Below are positions 54,653-63,710 of a stretch of 64,000 nucleotides of DNA, in pieces. How positions within the stretch are numbered: position 1 is the stretch's first letter; each line of letters begins with the position of its first letter. The stretch comes from Candidatus Avispirillum sp. (lineage in GTDB: Bacteria > Bacillota > Clostridia > Oscillospirales > CAG-272). The position numbers and the translations under genes are program-made. The DNA lies in assembly GCA_045631345.1 (NCBI GenBank), contig JAZQUP010000019.1, positions 18,739 through 82,738 of the forward strand, written 5' to 3'. The notes under the pieces are model-generated. The model was not told the origin of the DNA and did not search any database. It was given only the letters and a program-made list of their open reading frames with translations.

Positions 54653-55905
54653 ATCCTGCAAGACAGGCGGCTCATGCTTCTCTCGTAAGCTGCCTTGCTA
54701 ATGATAAATTTGTAAATCTTGAGATCTCTGCTATTCTTAACAGAACTCAGCTTCAGGGCGCTGACAGAGGACTTTACACAGCCCTTGTTTATACAACTAT
54801 TGAGAGGCTTCTGACAATAGACTATATTATTTCAAAGCTTTCATCCCGCTCAATGAAGGATATTGACGAAAAAACTCTTTCTGCCATTCGTCTTGGTATT
54901 TGTCAGCTTGAGTTTATGGATAAGATCCCTCCCCATGCGGCAGTTGATGAATCAGTTGAGCTTTGTCCCAGAAAGTCCAGAGGCTTTGCAAATGCGCTTC
55001 TTCGTTCCTATCTTCGCAAAAAGCCTGAAAAGCCCAAAAGAGAAGATGGAGAACTTGAATATTTAAGCATAAAATATTCAACCCCAAAAGAGCTTTGCCA
55101 GCTTATAATAAATGACTATGGCAGCGATGCTGAGGCCATTCTGGCGGCGTTCCTTGAAAAGAAGGACACAGCCATAAGAATCAATACATTGAGAGCTGAT
55201 GCAGGCGAAAAAACGGTAGAAATGGGCGCTTATGCATCAAAGCTTTGCCGTGGCGTTGTGCTTGTTAAAGGTTTTGAGGGTGTTCTTGACGGCGTTGAAA
55301 GAGGCGATTGGTTTGTTCAGGACGAAGCTTCTGCACTCTGCGCTCAGATGGTTGAAGCAAAGGCGGGCGAAACTGTTGTGGATACCTGCTCAGCTCCCGG
55401 TGGAAAAAGCTTTGCAATGGCATTGAATATGGAGAACAAGGGTAAGATATATTCTTTTGATCTTCACGACAATAAGATCTCTCTTATTAAAAAAGGAGCA
55501 GCAAAGCTTGGTATTGATATAATAGAGGCTAGCGCAAGAGATGCAAGAAATCCTCTTGAGGAGCTTGTAGGAAAGGCTGACAGAGTTCTTTGCGATGCTC
55601 CTTGCTCAGGCTTTGGCGTTATCGGTAAAAAGCCTGATATTAAATATAAGGATGTTAAGGCATCTGAGGGTCTTCCTCGTGTGCAGGCGGCTGTGCTTCG
55701 TGGCGCAGCTCAGTATGTGAAGGCAGGCGGTGTGCTTGTGTATTCCACATGTACAATACTTAAGCGTGAAAACGAAGAGATCGTTAATGATTTCCTTTGT
55801 GAAAATCCTCAGTTTGAGCTTGTTGAAATGAAAACTATGCTTCCTCATATTGATGGAACTGATGGATTTTTTATTTGTAAAATGATAAGAAAGGAGACGG
55901 TGTGA
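54640..55905 (+). CDS. rsmB: 16S rRNA (cytosine-C5)-methyltransferase RsmB/Sun
   Basis: 421 aa. NusB-like N-terminus, DTCSAPGGKS and CDAPCSG. Confidence 0.9.
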   Translation: MGNVNPARQAAHASLVSCLANDKFVNLEISAILNRTQLQGADRGLYTALVYTTIERLLTIDYIISKLSSRSMKDIDEKTLSAIRLGICQLEFMDKIPPHAAVDESVELCPRKSRGFANALLRSYLRKKPEKPKREDGELEYLSIKYSTPKELCQLIINDYGSDAEAILAAFLEKKDTAIRINTLRADAGEKTVEMGAYASKLCRGVVLVKGFEGVLDGVERGDWFVQDEASALCAQMVEAKAGETVVDTCSAPGGKSFAMALNMENKGKIYSFDLHDNKISLIKKGAAKLGIDIIEASARDARNPLEELVGKADRVLCDAPCSGFGVIGKKPDIKYKDVKASEGLPRVQAAVLRGAAQYVKAGGVLVYSTCTILKRENEEIVNDFLCENPQFELVEMKTMLPHIDGTDGFFICKMIRKETV

Positions 55906-56933
55906 TGATAGATATTCTTTCTCTCACTTTGGCGGAATGCAAGGAGCTTGCAGTTTCTCTTGGTGAAAAAGCGTTTCGTGGTGAGCAGGTCTATCGCTGG
56001 ATGCAGAAGGGCGCTCCCATTGAGGAGTGGAATAATGTTCCCGCAGCATTTCGTGCAAAAATTCAGGAAAACTGCGAATACCGTCTTCCTAAAATAGCAA
56101 GAAAGCTGGTTTCTCAGCTTGATGGCACAGTTAAATATCTTATGGAGATGAACGACGGAGAAAAGATCGAAAGCGTGTTTATGAAATATGAGCACGGCAA
56201 CACGGTCTGCGTTTCCTGTCAGGCAGGATGCCGAATGGGATGTACATTCTGCGCTTCAACTCTCCGAGGCAGAACAAGAAACCTTACTGCATCTGAAATT
56301 CTTGGTCAGATAGCAGTTATCGGACGAGATACAGGTGAAAAGGTTGGCGGAATAGTTATGATGGGTATAGGTGAGCCCTTTGATAATTATGACAACGCAA
56401 TGAAATTCCTGCGTCTTGTTTCCTCACCTGACGGACTTAATATAGGTCTTCGTCATATTTCTGTTTCAACCTGCGGTGTTGTTCCCGGAATTCTTCGCCT
56501 TGCAGATGAGGGCCTTCCTGTAACTCTTTCTTTGTCTCTTCATTCAGCAGATAATGAAAGAAGAAGCCGCCTTATGCCTATAAATAAAAAATATCCTATT
56601 GAAGAGGTTCTTTCAGCCTGCAAAACATATTTTGATAAAACAGGCAGAAGAGTTTCTTTTGAATATACTCTTATTGCAGGTGAAAACGATTCTGCAGAGG
56701 ATGCTAAGCGCCTCTCAAATGTGCTGAAGAAATATATGGGCAAGGTTCCCACTCACGTAAACCTTATTCTTCTTAATAGCGTTGACGAAACAGGTTATAG
56801 TGCTCCCCAGAGAGAAATGGCAAACCGCTTTAAGGATCAGCTCCTTTCTCTTGGTGTTAATGCAACTATCCGCCGCAAGCTTGGCAGCGATATTAACGCA
56901 TCCTGCGGTCAGCTGCGACTTGGAGAAAATTAA
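55905..56933 (+). CDS. rlmN: 23S rRNA/tRNA (adenine-C2)-methyltransferase, radical SAM
   Basis: The ORF track gives 55902 (GTG). The ATG at 55905 lies 8 nt after AAGGAG. The radical-SAM motif is CQAGCRMGCTFCAS. Confidence 0.95.
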   Translation: MIDILSLTLAECKELAVSLGEKAFRGEQVYRWMQKGAPIEEWNNVPAAFRAKIQENCEYRLPKIARKLVSQLDGTVKYLMEMNDGEKIESVFMKYEHGNTVCVSCQAGCRMGCTFCASTLRGRTRNLTASEILGQIAVIGRDTGEKVGGIVMMGIGEPFDNYDNAMKFLRLVSSPDGLNIGLRHISVSTCGVVPGILRLADEGLPVTLSLSLHSADNERRSRLMPINKKYPIEEVLSACKTYFDKTGRRVSFEYTLIAGENDSAEDAKRLSNVLKKYMGKVPTHVNLILLNSVDETGYSAPQREMANRFKDQLLSLGVNATIRRKLGSDINASCGQLRLGEN

Positions 56934-56945
56934 ATAATCATAATC

Positions 56946-56996
56946 AAAATCCATTTCAAAAATGAGCATCTTCATTTCCTGAAATGGATTTTATTC
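56946..56996 (+). terminator. intrinsic terminator after rlmN
   Basis: 12-bp stem AAAATCCATTTC/GAAATGGATTTT (56946-56992) with a large loop. Confidence 0.6.
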
Positions 56997-57055
56997 TTGT
57001 AATATAAAGGGAAGTATGTTAAAGTATTAACAGTAGAATCGGATAGGAGAAATTT

Positions 57056-58492
57056 ATGAAAAAGCAAGTATTCAATCCATTTTTGCCTTCCTGGGAATAT
57101 ATTCCCGATGGAGAGCCCCACGTTTTTGGCGACAGAATATATCTTTATGGTAGTCACGACCGTTTTAACGGAGAAAATTTCTGCCTTAATACTTATGTTG
57201 GCTGGTCTGCTCCTGTAGATGATCTTTCAGACTGGAGCTTTCACGGAGAAACTTATGATACTGTAAATGACCCTTTCAATCGTGAGCGTAAATGGACAGG
57301 TTATGCGCCTGATGCGTGTCAGGGCCCTGACGGACGTTATTATCTCTATTATGCTATTAATAACGATTCTGTTATGAGTGTTGCGGTTTGTGATGAGCCA
57401 GCAGGTAAATTTGAGTTTTACGGACATATCAGATTGCCCGATGGCAGAATATACGGAACAGAGGCAGGGGACGTTTTCTGCTTTGATCCCGGGGTACTTG
57501 TTGATGATGACGGAACAGTTCATCTCTATATGGGCTTTTCTCCCACATGGGAGCTTTCAGATGATGTGAATGATAATCTTGCCAGATCAAGAATAGATGG
57601 AGGCTATCATCTGGAGCTTGAGCAGGATATGCTGACTATAAAGGGTGAGCCTACAAGGGTATGTCCCGGAATGCTTCACACAGAAGGAACCTCCTTTGTT
57701 GGACACGGATTTTTTGAGGCGCCCAGCATCCGTAAGTTTAACGGAAAGTATTATTTTATATATTCATCCGAAAACTATCACGAGCTTTGCTATGCTATAG
57801 GAGATAACCCTCGTGGGCCTTTCACTTATGGCGGTGTGCTTGTCAGCGATGTTGACGTTGGTATAAATGGCAACACAGAGCCGCTTAACTATCCTTCCAA
57901 TAACCACGGCAGCGTTGAAAAAATAGGAGAAGACTATTATATTTTCTTCCATAGGCATACGAATAAAACTATGTATTCCCGTCAGGCCTGCGCTGAAAAG
58001 ATAATAATGCTTCCTGATGGACATTTTGTTCAGTCTGAGGTTACAAGCTGTGGTCTTAATGGTGGAGCACTTGCTGGCAAGGGCGTATATGAAGCGCGTA
58101 TTGCTTGCAATCTTTCTTCTGACGGAGGATGCTCCAACTATGGTTGGGATCATTTTGATACAATGCCTTATTTTACTCAGACAGGCGAGGACAGAGAGGA
58201 AAACGGCACTCAGTACATCGCATATATGGATAATGGTAGCTGGGCAGGCTTTAAATATTTCGCATTTGAAGGCGGAGAAAAGATAAAAATGACAGTCAAG
58301 GCTGATTGCGATGGATGCTTTATGGTGTCAACCGCAAGGGGTGGAGAAACAGCTGTTAAGGTTAATATTTCTGCATCTGATGAAGCGAAAACCTTTGAGG
58401 GCGAAGGTGAGCTTCCCTGCGGAACACACGCTCTTTATTTCACATATTCCAGCGAAGGACATGTTGATTTTATCTCCTTTGAGCTTTATTAA
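57056..58492 (+). CDS. glycoside hydrolase family 43-like protein (no signal peptide) with C-terminal beta-sandwich module
   Basis: 478 aa. The N-terminus NPFLPSWEYIPDGEPHVFGDRIYLYGSHD and the later FFEAPSIRKFNGKYYFIYS are typical of GH43 five-bladed propellers. The C-terminal ~130 aa (GSWAGFKYFAF...) is CBM-like. Confidence 0.8.
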   Translation: MKKQVFNPFLPSWEYIPDGEPHVFGDRIYLYGSHDRFNGENFCLNTYVGWSAPVDDLSDWSFHGETYDTVNDPFNRERKWTGYAPDACQGPDGRYYLYYAINNDSVMSVAVCDEPAGKFEFYGHIRLPDGRIYGTEAGDVFCFDPGVLVDDDGTVHLYMGFSPTWELSDDVNDNLARSRIDGGYHLELEQDMLTIKGEPTRVCPGMLHTEGTSFVGHGFFEAPSIRKFNGKYYFIYSSENYHELCYAIGDNPRGPFTYGGVLVSDVDVGINGNTEPLNYPSNNHGSVEKIGEDYYIFFHRHTNKTMYSRQACAEKIIMLPDGHFVQSEVTSCGLNGGALAGKGVYEARIACNLSSDGGCSNYGWDHFDTMPYFTQTGEDREENGTQYIAYMDNGSWAGFKYFAFEGGEKIKMTVKADCDGCFMVSTARGGETAVKVNISASDEAKTFEGEGELPCGTHALYFTYSSEGHVDFISFELY

Positions 58493-58505
58493 AATATATA
58501 AAAAG

Positions 58506-58542
58506 ATCCTGCATTGCCATTGGCTTTGCAGGATGTTTTTAT
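58506..58542 (+). terminator. intrinsic terminator after the GH43 gene
   Basis: Stem ATCCTGCA/TGCAGGAT (58506-58534) followed by GTTTTTAT. Confidence 0.8.
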
Positions 58543-58633
58543 AAAAAAATATTTATAAAAATATGTTTAAAACCGAAAAATCTACAAACACTAAATTGAC
58601 CGAAAGGTATCAAAAACGAAAAGGATAGTGAAA

Positions 58634-58978
58634 ATGAAAAGATTTATAGCTGTTTTTGTATTAGTGGTTGTAGCAGCCAGCCTTGCAAGCTGTAAGCGAG
58701 GATCAGGAAACGTTGGTGATGATGTTTCCGGTATGGTATCCGATGTGGTGTCAGATGCGGGCGATATGATCAATGATGTTACAGAGAATGTTACAGACCA
58801 TAACACTGAGCGTGACACCGAGCGTGATACAGAGAGTGAAACTGATATGGAGAGCGAAAGTGATGTTGTGGGAAACACAGCTTCTGAAACAACAGATTCC
58901 GCAACGGATATGGGTGGAGACACCGAAACTGAAACCGAAAGCGGTTCCTTGATGAGAAGCTTCTTCAACTGGAGATAA
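58634..58978 (+). CDS. small highly acidic lipoprotein
   Basis: The ORF track gives 58628 (GTG). The ATG at 58634 follows AAGGA. It has the lipobox LASC, then Asp/Glu/Thr/Ser-rich repeats (TERDTERDTESETDMESESD; TETETES). Confidence 0.6.
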   Translation: MKRFIAVFVLVVVAASLASCKRGSGNVGDDVSGMVSDVVSDAGDMINDVTENVTDHNTERDTERDTESETDMESESDVVGNTASETTDSATDMGGDTETETESGSLMRSFFNWR

Positions 58979-59023
58979 GAGGCGCTGGACTCGTGGTATC
59001 TCGCCTTAAGCGCAGCTCAATGA

Positions 59024-59065
59024 TAAAAAAGCCGAAGCAAGACTATGATCAAGCTTCGGCTTTTA
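59024..59065. terminator. bidirectional intrinsic terminator between the lipoprotein gene and GNAT gene
   Basis: 12-bp stem AAAAGCCGAAGC/GCTTCGGCTTTT (59026-59063). Confidence 0.8.
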
Positions 59066-59548
59066 TTATTTTCTCATCTGATATGCAATTCTGTCATCAC
59101 CATTTTCAAGGTAAATGATTCCGCATTGTTTAAATCCATATTTTTCAAGCTGATGCTGCATTACGGTATTATCCTTGTGAGTGTCAATTTTTATGCTGTC
59201 GGCACGGGAAAACGCATAGTCCATAATTGCCTTCAGTATTCCTTTTTTCTTTCCTGCTGAAGCAACTCTGTGAACAGCGCAGTAGGGAAGATCATCCAGC
59301 CATTGACCTTTAATATAGTTGTATGTGGGATCTTCGCCATTTATATAAGCAAAAACGCCTTCTGTTCCGTCTTCGTCAAAGAGAATATAAAGATTATTGT
59401 TGTTTATATCATTTTTTATAATCTCAGGAGTGGGATAAGTGTTTTTCCATTGATCAGGGTTACCTGTTTCTATCATATATTCTCTTGCTCTTTTATATAT
59501 AGCAAGTATTTCTTCAAAATCGGCTAAGGTTGCATTTTTTGTTTTCAT
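59066..59548 (-). CDS. GNAT-family N-acetyltransferase
   Basis: 160 aa. The acetyl-CoA motif region is VHRVASAGKKKGILKAIMDYAF. Confidence 0.85.
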   Translation of the reverse strand: MKTKNATLADFEEILAIYKRAREYMIETGNPDQWKNTYPTPEIIKNDINNNNLYILFDEDGTEGVFAYINGEDPTYNYIKGQWLDDLPYCAVHRVASAGKKKGILKAIMDYAFSRADSIKIDTHKDNTVMQHQLEKYGFKQCGIIYLENGDDRIAYQMRK

Positions 59549-59619
59549 ACTTTTTTCCTTGTGTTTTTCAGTTTGTTTTATTATACCACAAATCGCAAAA
59601 AATACAACAGAAAGAAAAA

Positions 59620-59633
59620 CGAATATTTGTTCG
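59620..59633. promoter_or_regulatory. LexA (Cheo/SOS) box candidate 1
   Basis: CGAATATTTGTTCG differs from the Firmicute consensus CGAAC-N4-GTTCG at one position. Confidence 0.55.
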
Positions 59634-59641
59634 TTTTTCTA

Positions 59642-59670
59642 TTGACAAACATCTGTTCTAAAACTATAAT
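59642..59670 (+). promoter_or_regulatory. sigma-A-type promoter, exact TTGACA-17-TATAAT, of dinB
   Basis: TTGACA at 59642-59647 and TATAAT at 59665-59670. Confidence 0.7.
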
Positions 59671-59685
59671 AAGAACAGATGTTTG
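59646..59685. promoter_or_regulatory. pair of LexA-box-like 14-mers bracketing the dinB -10 element
   Basis: CAAACATCTGTTCT (59646-59659) and AGAACAGATGTTTG (59672-59685) are exact reverse complements. Each is a GAAC-N4-GTTC-type half-palindrome with one mismatch. Confidence 0.55.
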
Positions 59686-59695
59686 GGAGGCGGAT

Positions 59696-60934
59696 ATGAG
59701 AACGGTACTTCATTCAGATTTGAATAATTTTTATGCTTCTGTTGAGTGTAGCTTAAATCCTTCGCTGAAGGGGCATCCTGTTGCAGTTTGCGGAAATCCT
59801 GAAATGCGCCATGGAATAGTGCTTGCCAAAAACTATGAAGCTAAAGCTTTCGGGGTTCAAACGGGAGAAGCCTTGTGGGAGGCCAGAGAAAAATGCCCGG
59901 ATATTATTTTCGTTCCGCCTCATTATGATGTTTATATGGAATATTCTAAGGAGGCTCGGTCAATTTATGCGGAATATACCGATCAGGTGGAATCATTTGG
60001 ACTTGATGAATGCTGGCTTGATGTAACGGGCAGCAGTCGTCTTTTCGGAGATGGTAAAACCATTGCCGATGATATACGTGAAAAAATGAAAAAACGGCTG
60101 GGCGTTTCTGTATCAGTTGGGGTTTCCTTCAATAAGATATTTGCAAAGCTTGCCAGTGATATGCGAAAGCCTGATAAAACAACAGTTATCGGTGAGGATG
60201 ATTTCAGAGAAAAGGTTTGGCCTTTGCCTGTGTCGGATCTGCTTTATATAGGCCGAGCCACAACAGCAAAGCTTCAGCTTTATGGAATAAAAACAATAGG
60301 TCAGCTTGCAATGGCAGATGACAGGCTTATTTATTCTTTGCTTGGAAAAAACGGCATTCAGCTGCTTGCATTTGCAAGAGGCGAGGATACGGCTCCTGTT
60401 AAGAATATAGCTGCAAGAACACTTGTAAAAAGCGTCAGCTGCGGAAACACAGCCCCGAGAGACCTTGTAAGTGATGAGGATGCCAAAATACTTATCATAG
60501 CTCTTGCAACCAATGTTTCCAGAAGGCTGAGAGATCATGGATTTGATTGCAAATGTGTTCAGATTCAGATAAGGAGCAGTGATCTCAGCAGCTTTGAAAG
60601 GCAGATGCGCCTGCCATATCCCTGCAGAACAAGTGAGGAGATATATAAGGCGGCATATACATTGTATAAAAGAAATGCAAGGGGAATGCGTATTCGCTCA
60701 ATTTCAATTCACGCCTGCGACCTTGTTTATAACGAAACTGAGCAAATGTCCTTTTCTCCCGAAATTGAAAAGATTCAGCGCCGTGAAAAATTGGAGAATG
60801 TATTTGACAGCATCAATTCACGCTATGGCGATGGAACAGTTTGCAGAGGAGTTTTAATGACAGACCCTGAAATAGCTTATATAGGTCTGAAAAGCACTCC
60901 GGGAATTCTCCCGGGAAGAATGTTTGGGTCGTAG
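59696..60934 (+). CDS. dinB: DNA polymerase IV (Y-family, DinB)
   Basis: The ORF track gives 59561. The ATG at 59696 follows GGGAGG. Motifs: HSDLNNFYASVE, GLDECWLDVTG and SVGVSFNKIFAKLASD. Confidence 0.95.
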   Translation: MRTVLHSDLNNFYASVECSLNPSLKGHPVAVCGNPEMRHGIVLAKNYEAKAFGVQTGEALWEAREKCPDIIFVPPHYDVYMEYSKEARSIYAEYTDQVESFGLDECWLDVTGSSRLFGDGKTIADDIREKMKKRLGVSVSVGVSFNKIFAKLASDMRKPDKTTVIGEDDFREKVWPLPVSDLLYIGRATTAKLQLYGIKTIGQLAMADDRLIYSLLGKNGIQLLAFARGEDTAPVKNIAARTLVKSVSCGNTAPRDLVSDEDAKILIIALATNVSRRLRDHGFDCKCVQIQIRSSDLSSFERQMRLPYPCRTSEEIYKAAYTLYKRNARGMRIRSISIHACDLVYNETEQMSFSPEIEKIQRREKLENVFDSINSRYGDGTVCRGVLMTDPEIAYIGLKSTPGILPGRMFGS

Positions 60935-60961
60935 GTGGATTGCCGAGCCAAACATTGTGCA

Positions 60962-61105
60962 TTTTTATCGACCTTTTTTGAAAAAGGTCGCGGGTTATCA
61001 GGGCAGAGCCCTGAGACGCTCTCCGCAGAGAGCGGAACACCTAATACTCACCGGTAATCCAAGAGGCGTAGCTTCTTGGTCGCCTTCCGCAGAAGGCGAA
61101 ACTCT
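60962..61105. repeat. hairpin-array intergenic element (copy D): five consecutive short hairpins
   Basis: H1 is CGACC-N-GGTCG (60969-60990). H2 is CAGGGC-AGA-GCCCTG (60999-61013). H3 is CGCTCT-CCGCAG-AGAGCG (61017-61034). H4 is CCAAGA-N8-TCTTGG (61059-61079). H5 is CGCCTT-CCGCAG-AAGGCG (61081-61098). The 5' half is homologous to copy C. Confidence 0.6.
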
Positions 61106-61153
61106 CCTGTGAATGCATCAAATTTAATTTTCATAACATAGAAAGGAAAGAAA

Positions 61154-61714
61154 ATGAAACTTATTCTCACATCATGCGGATTGCAAACAGAGGGAATAAA
61201 AGAAAAATTTTTAAGTTATCTAACCAAAAGTCCCCTTGAAACGAAAGCCATTTTTATACCAACCGCGGCAGTCTATCCCGATGCAATAAATGTTTTACCA
61301 AAATGTCTGAGAGATTTGACTAAATGCGGCATTCCCAATTCAAATATAACAGTTTATGATATGCATCTACCTATAAGCAACCAAGAACTGCTTAAACATG
61401 ATGTAGTTTATATATGCGGAGGAATTCCCCACTATCTGTTGCAAAGAATAAATGAACATAAATTCGGCAGTCAGCTTAATTTGTTTCTGAAAAAGGGAGG
61501 TATCATAGTAGGAGTTAGCGCCGGAAGCATTGTTTTTGCTAAAAATCTCCCCGATAATATAGGTATTTTCAACGCCGAACTTAATGTTCATTGCTCACCC
61601 GAAAACAGCGTGAATGTAGGAGAATTGGATCTTAATAACAACGAATGTATCAATCTAGGTAATGATCAGGCTATTGTTTTTGATGATATGGGCAAAGCTT
61701 TTGTTATAACCTAA
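61154..61714 (+). CDS. peptidase S51 (dipeptidase E-like) family protein
   Basis: 186 aa. IFIPTAA, YICGG and the nucleophile region VGVSAGS. Confidence 0.75.
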   Translation: MKLILTSCGLQTEGIKEKFLSYLTKSPLETKAIFIPTAAVYPDAINVLPKCLRDLTKCGIPNSNITVYDMHLPISNQELLKHDVVYICGGIPHYLLQRINEHKFGSQLNLFLKKGGIIVGVSAGSIVFAKNLPDNIGIFNAELNVHCSPENSVNVGELDLNNNECINLGNDQAIVFDDMGKAFVIT

Positions 61715-61720
61715 TTTGCA

Positions 61721-61749
61721 TTGACAATCCTTTTTCATAATTGTATAAT
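61721..61749 (+). promoter_or_regulatory. sigma-A-type promoter, exact TTGACA-17-TATAAT, of the DUF4091/dockerin gene
   Basis: TTGACA at 61721-61726 and TATAAT at 61744-61749. Confidence 0.7.
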
Positions 61750-61780
61750 TAAAATATAAATATGCAGGAGGATTTTGGCA

Positions 61781-63706
61781 ATGAAAAAATCTTTGATGGC
61801 AATTATGCTGATCTTTGCCATGCTTGTAGGAATGATCGTTGTTCCTTCAGGCGCAGAAATTTCAGATCCGGCGAAAAATTATACTCATATTAATGCAGAA
61901 TATGAAGACAAGGGTCTTTCTTTGTGGTTTGACTATTCCAGTGAAAAGAAGGAGCAGAGCGATGTCAGCCAGACAGGAATGGAAACATTCGTTGTATATA
62001 TGGCTAAAAACGAGATTGAAGATGCTCAATTTTTCCTGGCATCCGATTCAGGTAGAAGCGGACTCACAGCTGATGTAACAGATTTTGTTGACGCTGATGG
62101 CAACGTTATCAGCGCAGAGCTGTTTATTGAATATTATCATGATGCGGCTCAGCACGGCAATATTCCCGATGCAATTCCTCCCCTTGATGCTTATGGCGCA
62201 TTTGATGTAGCGGCAGGTAAAAGTCAGGGTTTTATTATCAAATTGAAAACAACTATGGAAACTGTTGCAGGTGATTATAGCGCAACTCTTTCTGTTTATG
62301 ATGCAGATGGTAAGCAGATCAAAACTGCAAAGGTGTTTGCTCACGTTTGGGATTTCGCTCTTTCTGACGAAACTGCAACATCTGTTTCAATGCATCTCAG
62401 CTTGGGTCTTCTCTCATCAGCAGTAGATAGTGATCTTTCTGACGACGAGGTTTATAAGAACTACTACGATTATCTGCTTGAAAACAGAATTTGCGCAACT
62501 CAGCTTCCTTATTTTCTTACATCAACTAATGCCACAGAATATCTTGATAATCCCAGAGTTCGTTCATATCAGTTCTCAAATAAGGGCGGATATACAGGCG
62601 GTGCGCTCTCTGCGGCAGAATGGCGCAGCGCATATTCACGTCAGTTCAGAACTGATGACGGAACACGTCTTGATAAGGGCTATTATTTCTCCAATGTTGT
62701 AGATGCGGCAACTCCTGCTGATCTTGAGGCATTAAAGGTTAAATATGACGAGCTCACAGAAATGATTTCCGGATACTATAAAAATGGCGTAAACTTTATT
62801 TCAACATATATAAACGATATTGACTATACATTGCCCGACGGCACAGTTATTGACCAGATTGATTATTATGACGATTTCGTAAATCTCTGGTGCTCCAAAA
62901 CATTTGCTTATACAAGCGAAGAGGAGCTTAACACAGTTGCCGGAGCAAAAGTTCTCCAGCCTCTCAAGTGGAATAGTGTTTATGGCACATTTGTTGACAG
63001 AATGGCGGCCCAGAAGGCTGAGGGCGATAAGATCTGGTGGTTTATCTCCTGGGACGTTGAAGAGCCTTATATCAACTATTATATGCAGACAGACGGTGTT
63101 GCGCAGAGAATTCTTTTCTGGCAGCAGTTTGATTTCAATGTAGAGGGCTTCCTTTATAACTATGCAAACTATTGGGCAGGAAGCTGCTCCGATCCCTATG
63201 CAAATAATATAACAAATTCTTCATATCCCGATGCTCATGGTGAGTCTATTCTTATCTATCCCGGCGATGTGTACGGAATTGACACTCCTGTTGGAAGTCT
63301 TCGTGTTGAAGCAATGCGTGATGGCGTTGAGGACTATCAGATGCTTTATATGCTTGAAGAGCTTAGAGGAGAGGGCGCAGGAGATAAGTATATCGATCTT
63401 ATGACAACAGGCGTTGTTTCCTATTCAACAGACGACAGCGAATATTACGATGCAAGAATAAAGCTTGGTAATGCAGTTGAAGCGGCTGTTCACAACGAAG
63501 ATGAACCCCAGGTTGAAAAGGGTGATATCGATGGCAACGGAAGTATCAATTCAGTTGACCTGTTCAAAATGAATCTGTTTGTTAAGCAGATCGTTGCTCC
63601 TATAGGAAACGAAGCGCTTGCTGCAGATATTGATGGTAACAACAAGGTGAATTCCGTTGATATGTTCTATCTCAAGTTCAGAATCCTCAAGGGCTATTGG
63701 GGATAA
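61781..63706 (+). CDS. secreted DUF4091-like putative glycoside hydrolase with C-terminal type I dockerin
   Basis: The ORF track gives 61775 (TTG). The ATG at 61781 lies 10 nt after AGGAGGA. It has a signal peptide. The region RVEAMRDGVEDYQMLYML resembles DUF4091. The C-terminal loops DIDGNGSINSVD / DIDGNNKVNSVD form a dockerin. Confidence 0.75.
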   Translation: MKKSLMAIMLIFAMLVGMIVVPSGAEISDPAKNYTHINAEYEDKGLSLWFDYSSEKKEQSDVSQTGMETFVVYMAKNEIEDAQFFLASDSGRSGLTADVTDFVDADGNVISAELFIEYYHDAAQHGNIPDAIPPLDAYGAFDVAAGKSQGFIIKLKTTMETVAGDYSATLSVYDADGKQIKTAKVFAHVWDFALSDETATSVSMHLSLGLLSSAVDSDLSDDEVYKNYYDYLLENRICATQLPYFLTSTNATEYLDNPRVRSYQFSNKGGYTGGALSAAEWRSAYSRQFRTDDGTRLDKGYYFSNVVDAATPADLEALKVKYDELTEMISGYYKNGVNFISTYINDIDYTLPDGTVIDQIDYYDDFVNLWCSKTFAYTSEEELNTVAGAKVLQPLKWNSVYGTFVDRMAAQKAEGDKIWWFISWDVEEPYINYYMQTDGVAQRILFWQQFDFNVEGFLYNYANYWAGSCSDPYANNITNSSYPDAHGESILIYPGDVYGIDTPVGSLRVEAMRDGVEDYQMLYMLEELRGEGAGDKYIDLMTTGVVSYSTDDSEYYDARIKLGNAVEAAVHNEDEPQVEKGDIDGNGSINSVDLFKMNLFVKQIVAPIGNEALAADIDGNNKVNSVDMFYLKFRILKGYWG

Positions 63707-63710
63707 GACA

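Noticed and set aside
60962-61105. Hairpin array as a CRISPR array, an integron attC site, or a riboswitch/T-box for the S51 peptidase gene
   Set aside because: There are no regularly spaced identical repeats with unique spacers. There is no GTTRRRY/RYYYAAC core pair. There is no T-box, terminator or known riboswitch consensus. The homologous copy in the valS leader has the opposite orientation relative to transcription.
60813-61112. ORFs 60924..61112(+) and 60813..61040(-) in the dinB-S51 spacer
   Set aside because: They are translations of the hairpin-array repeat. Both strands are open only because of the GC-rich palindromic content, and neither has an RBS.
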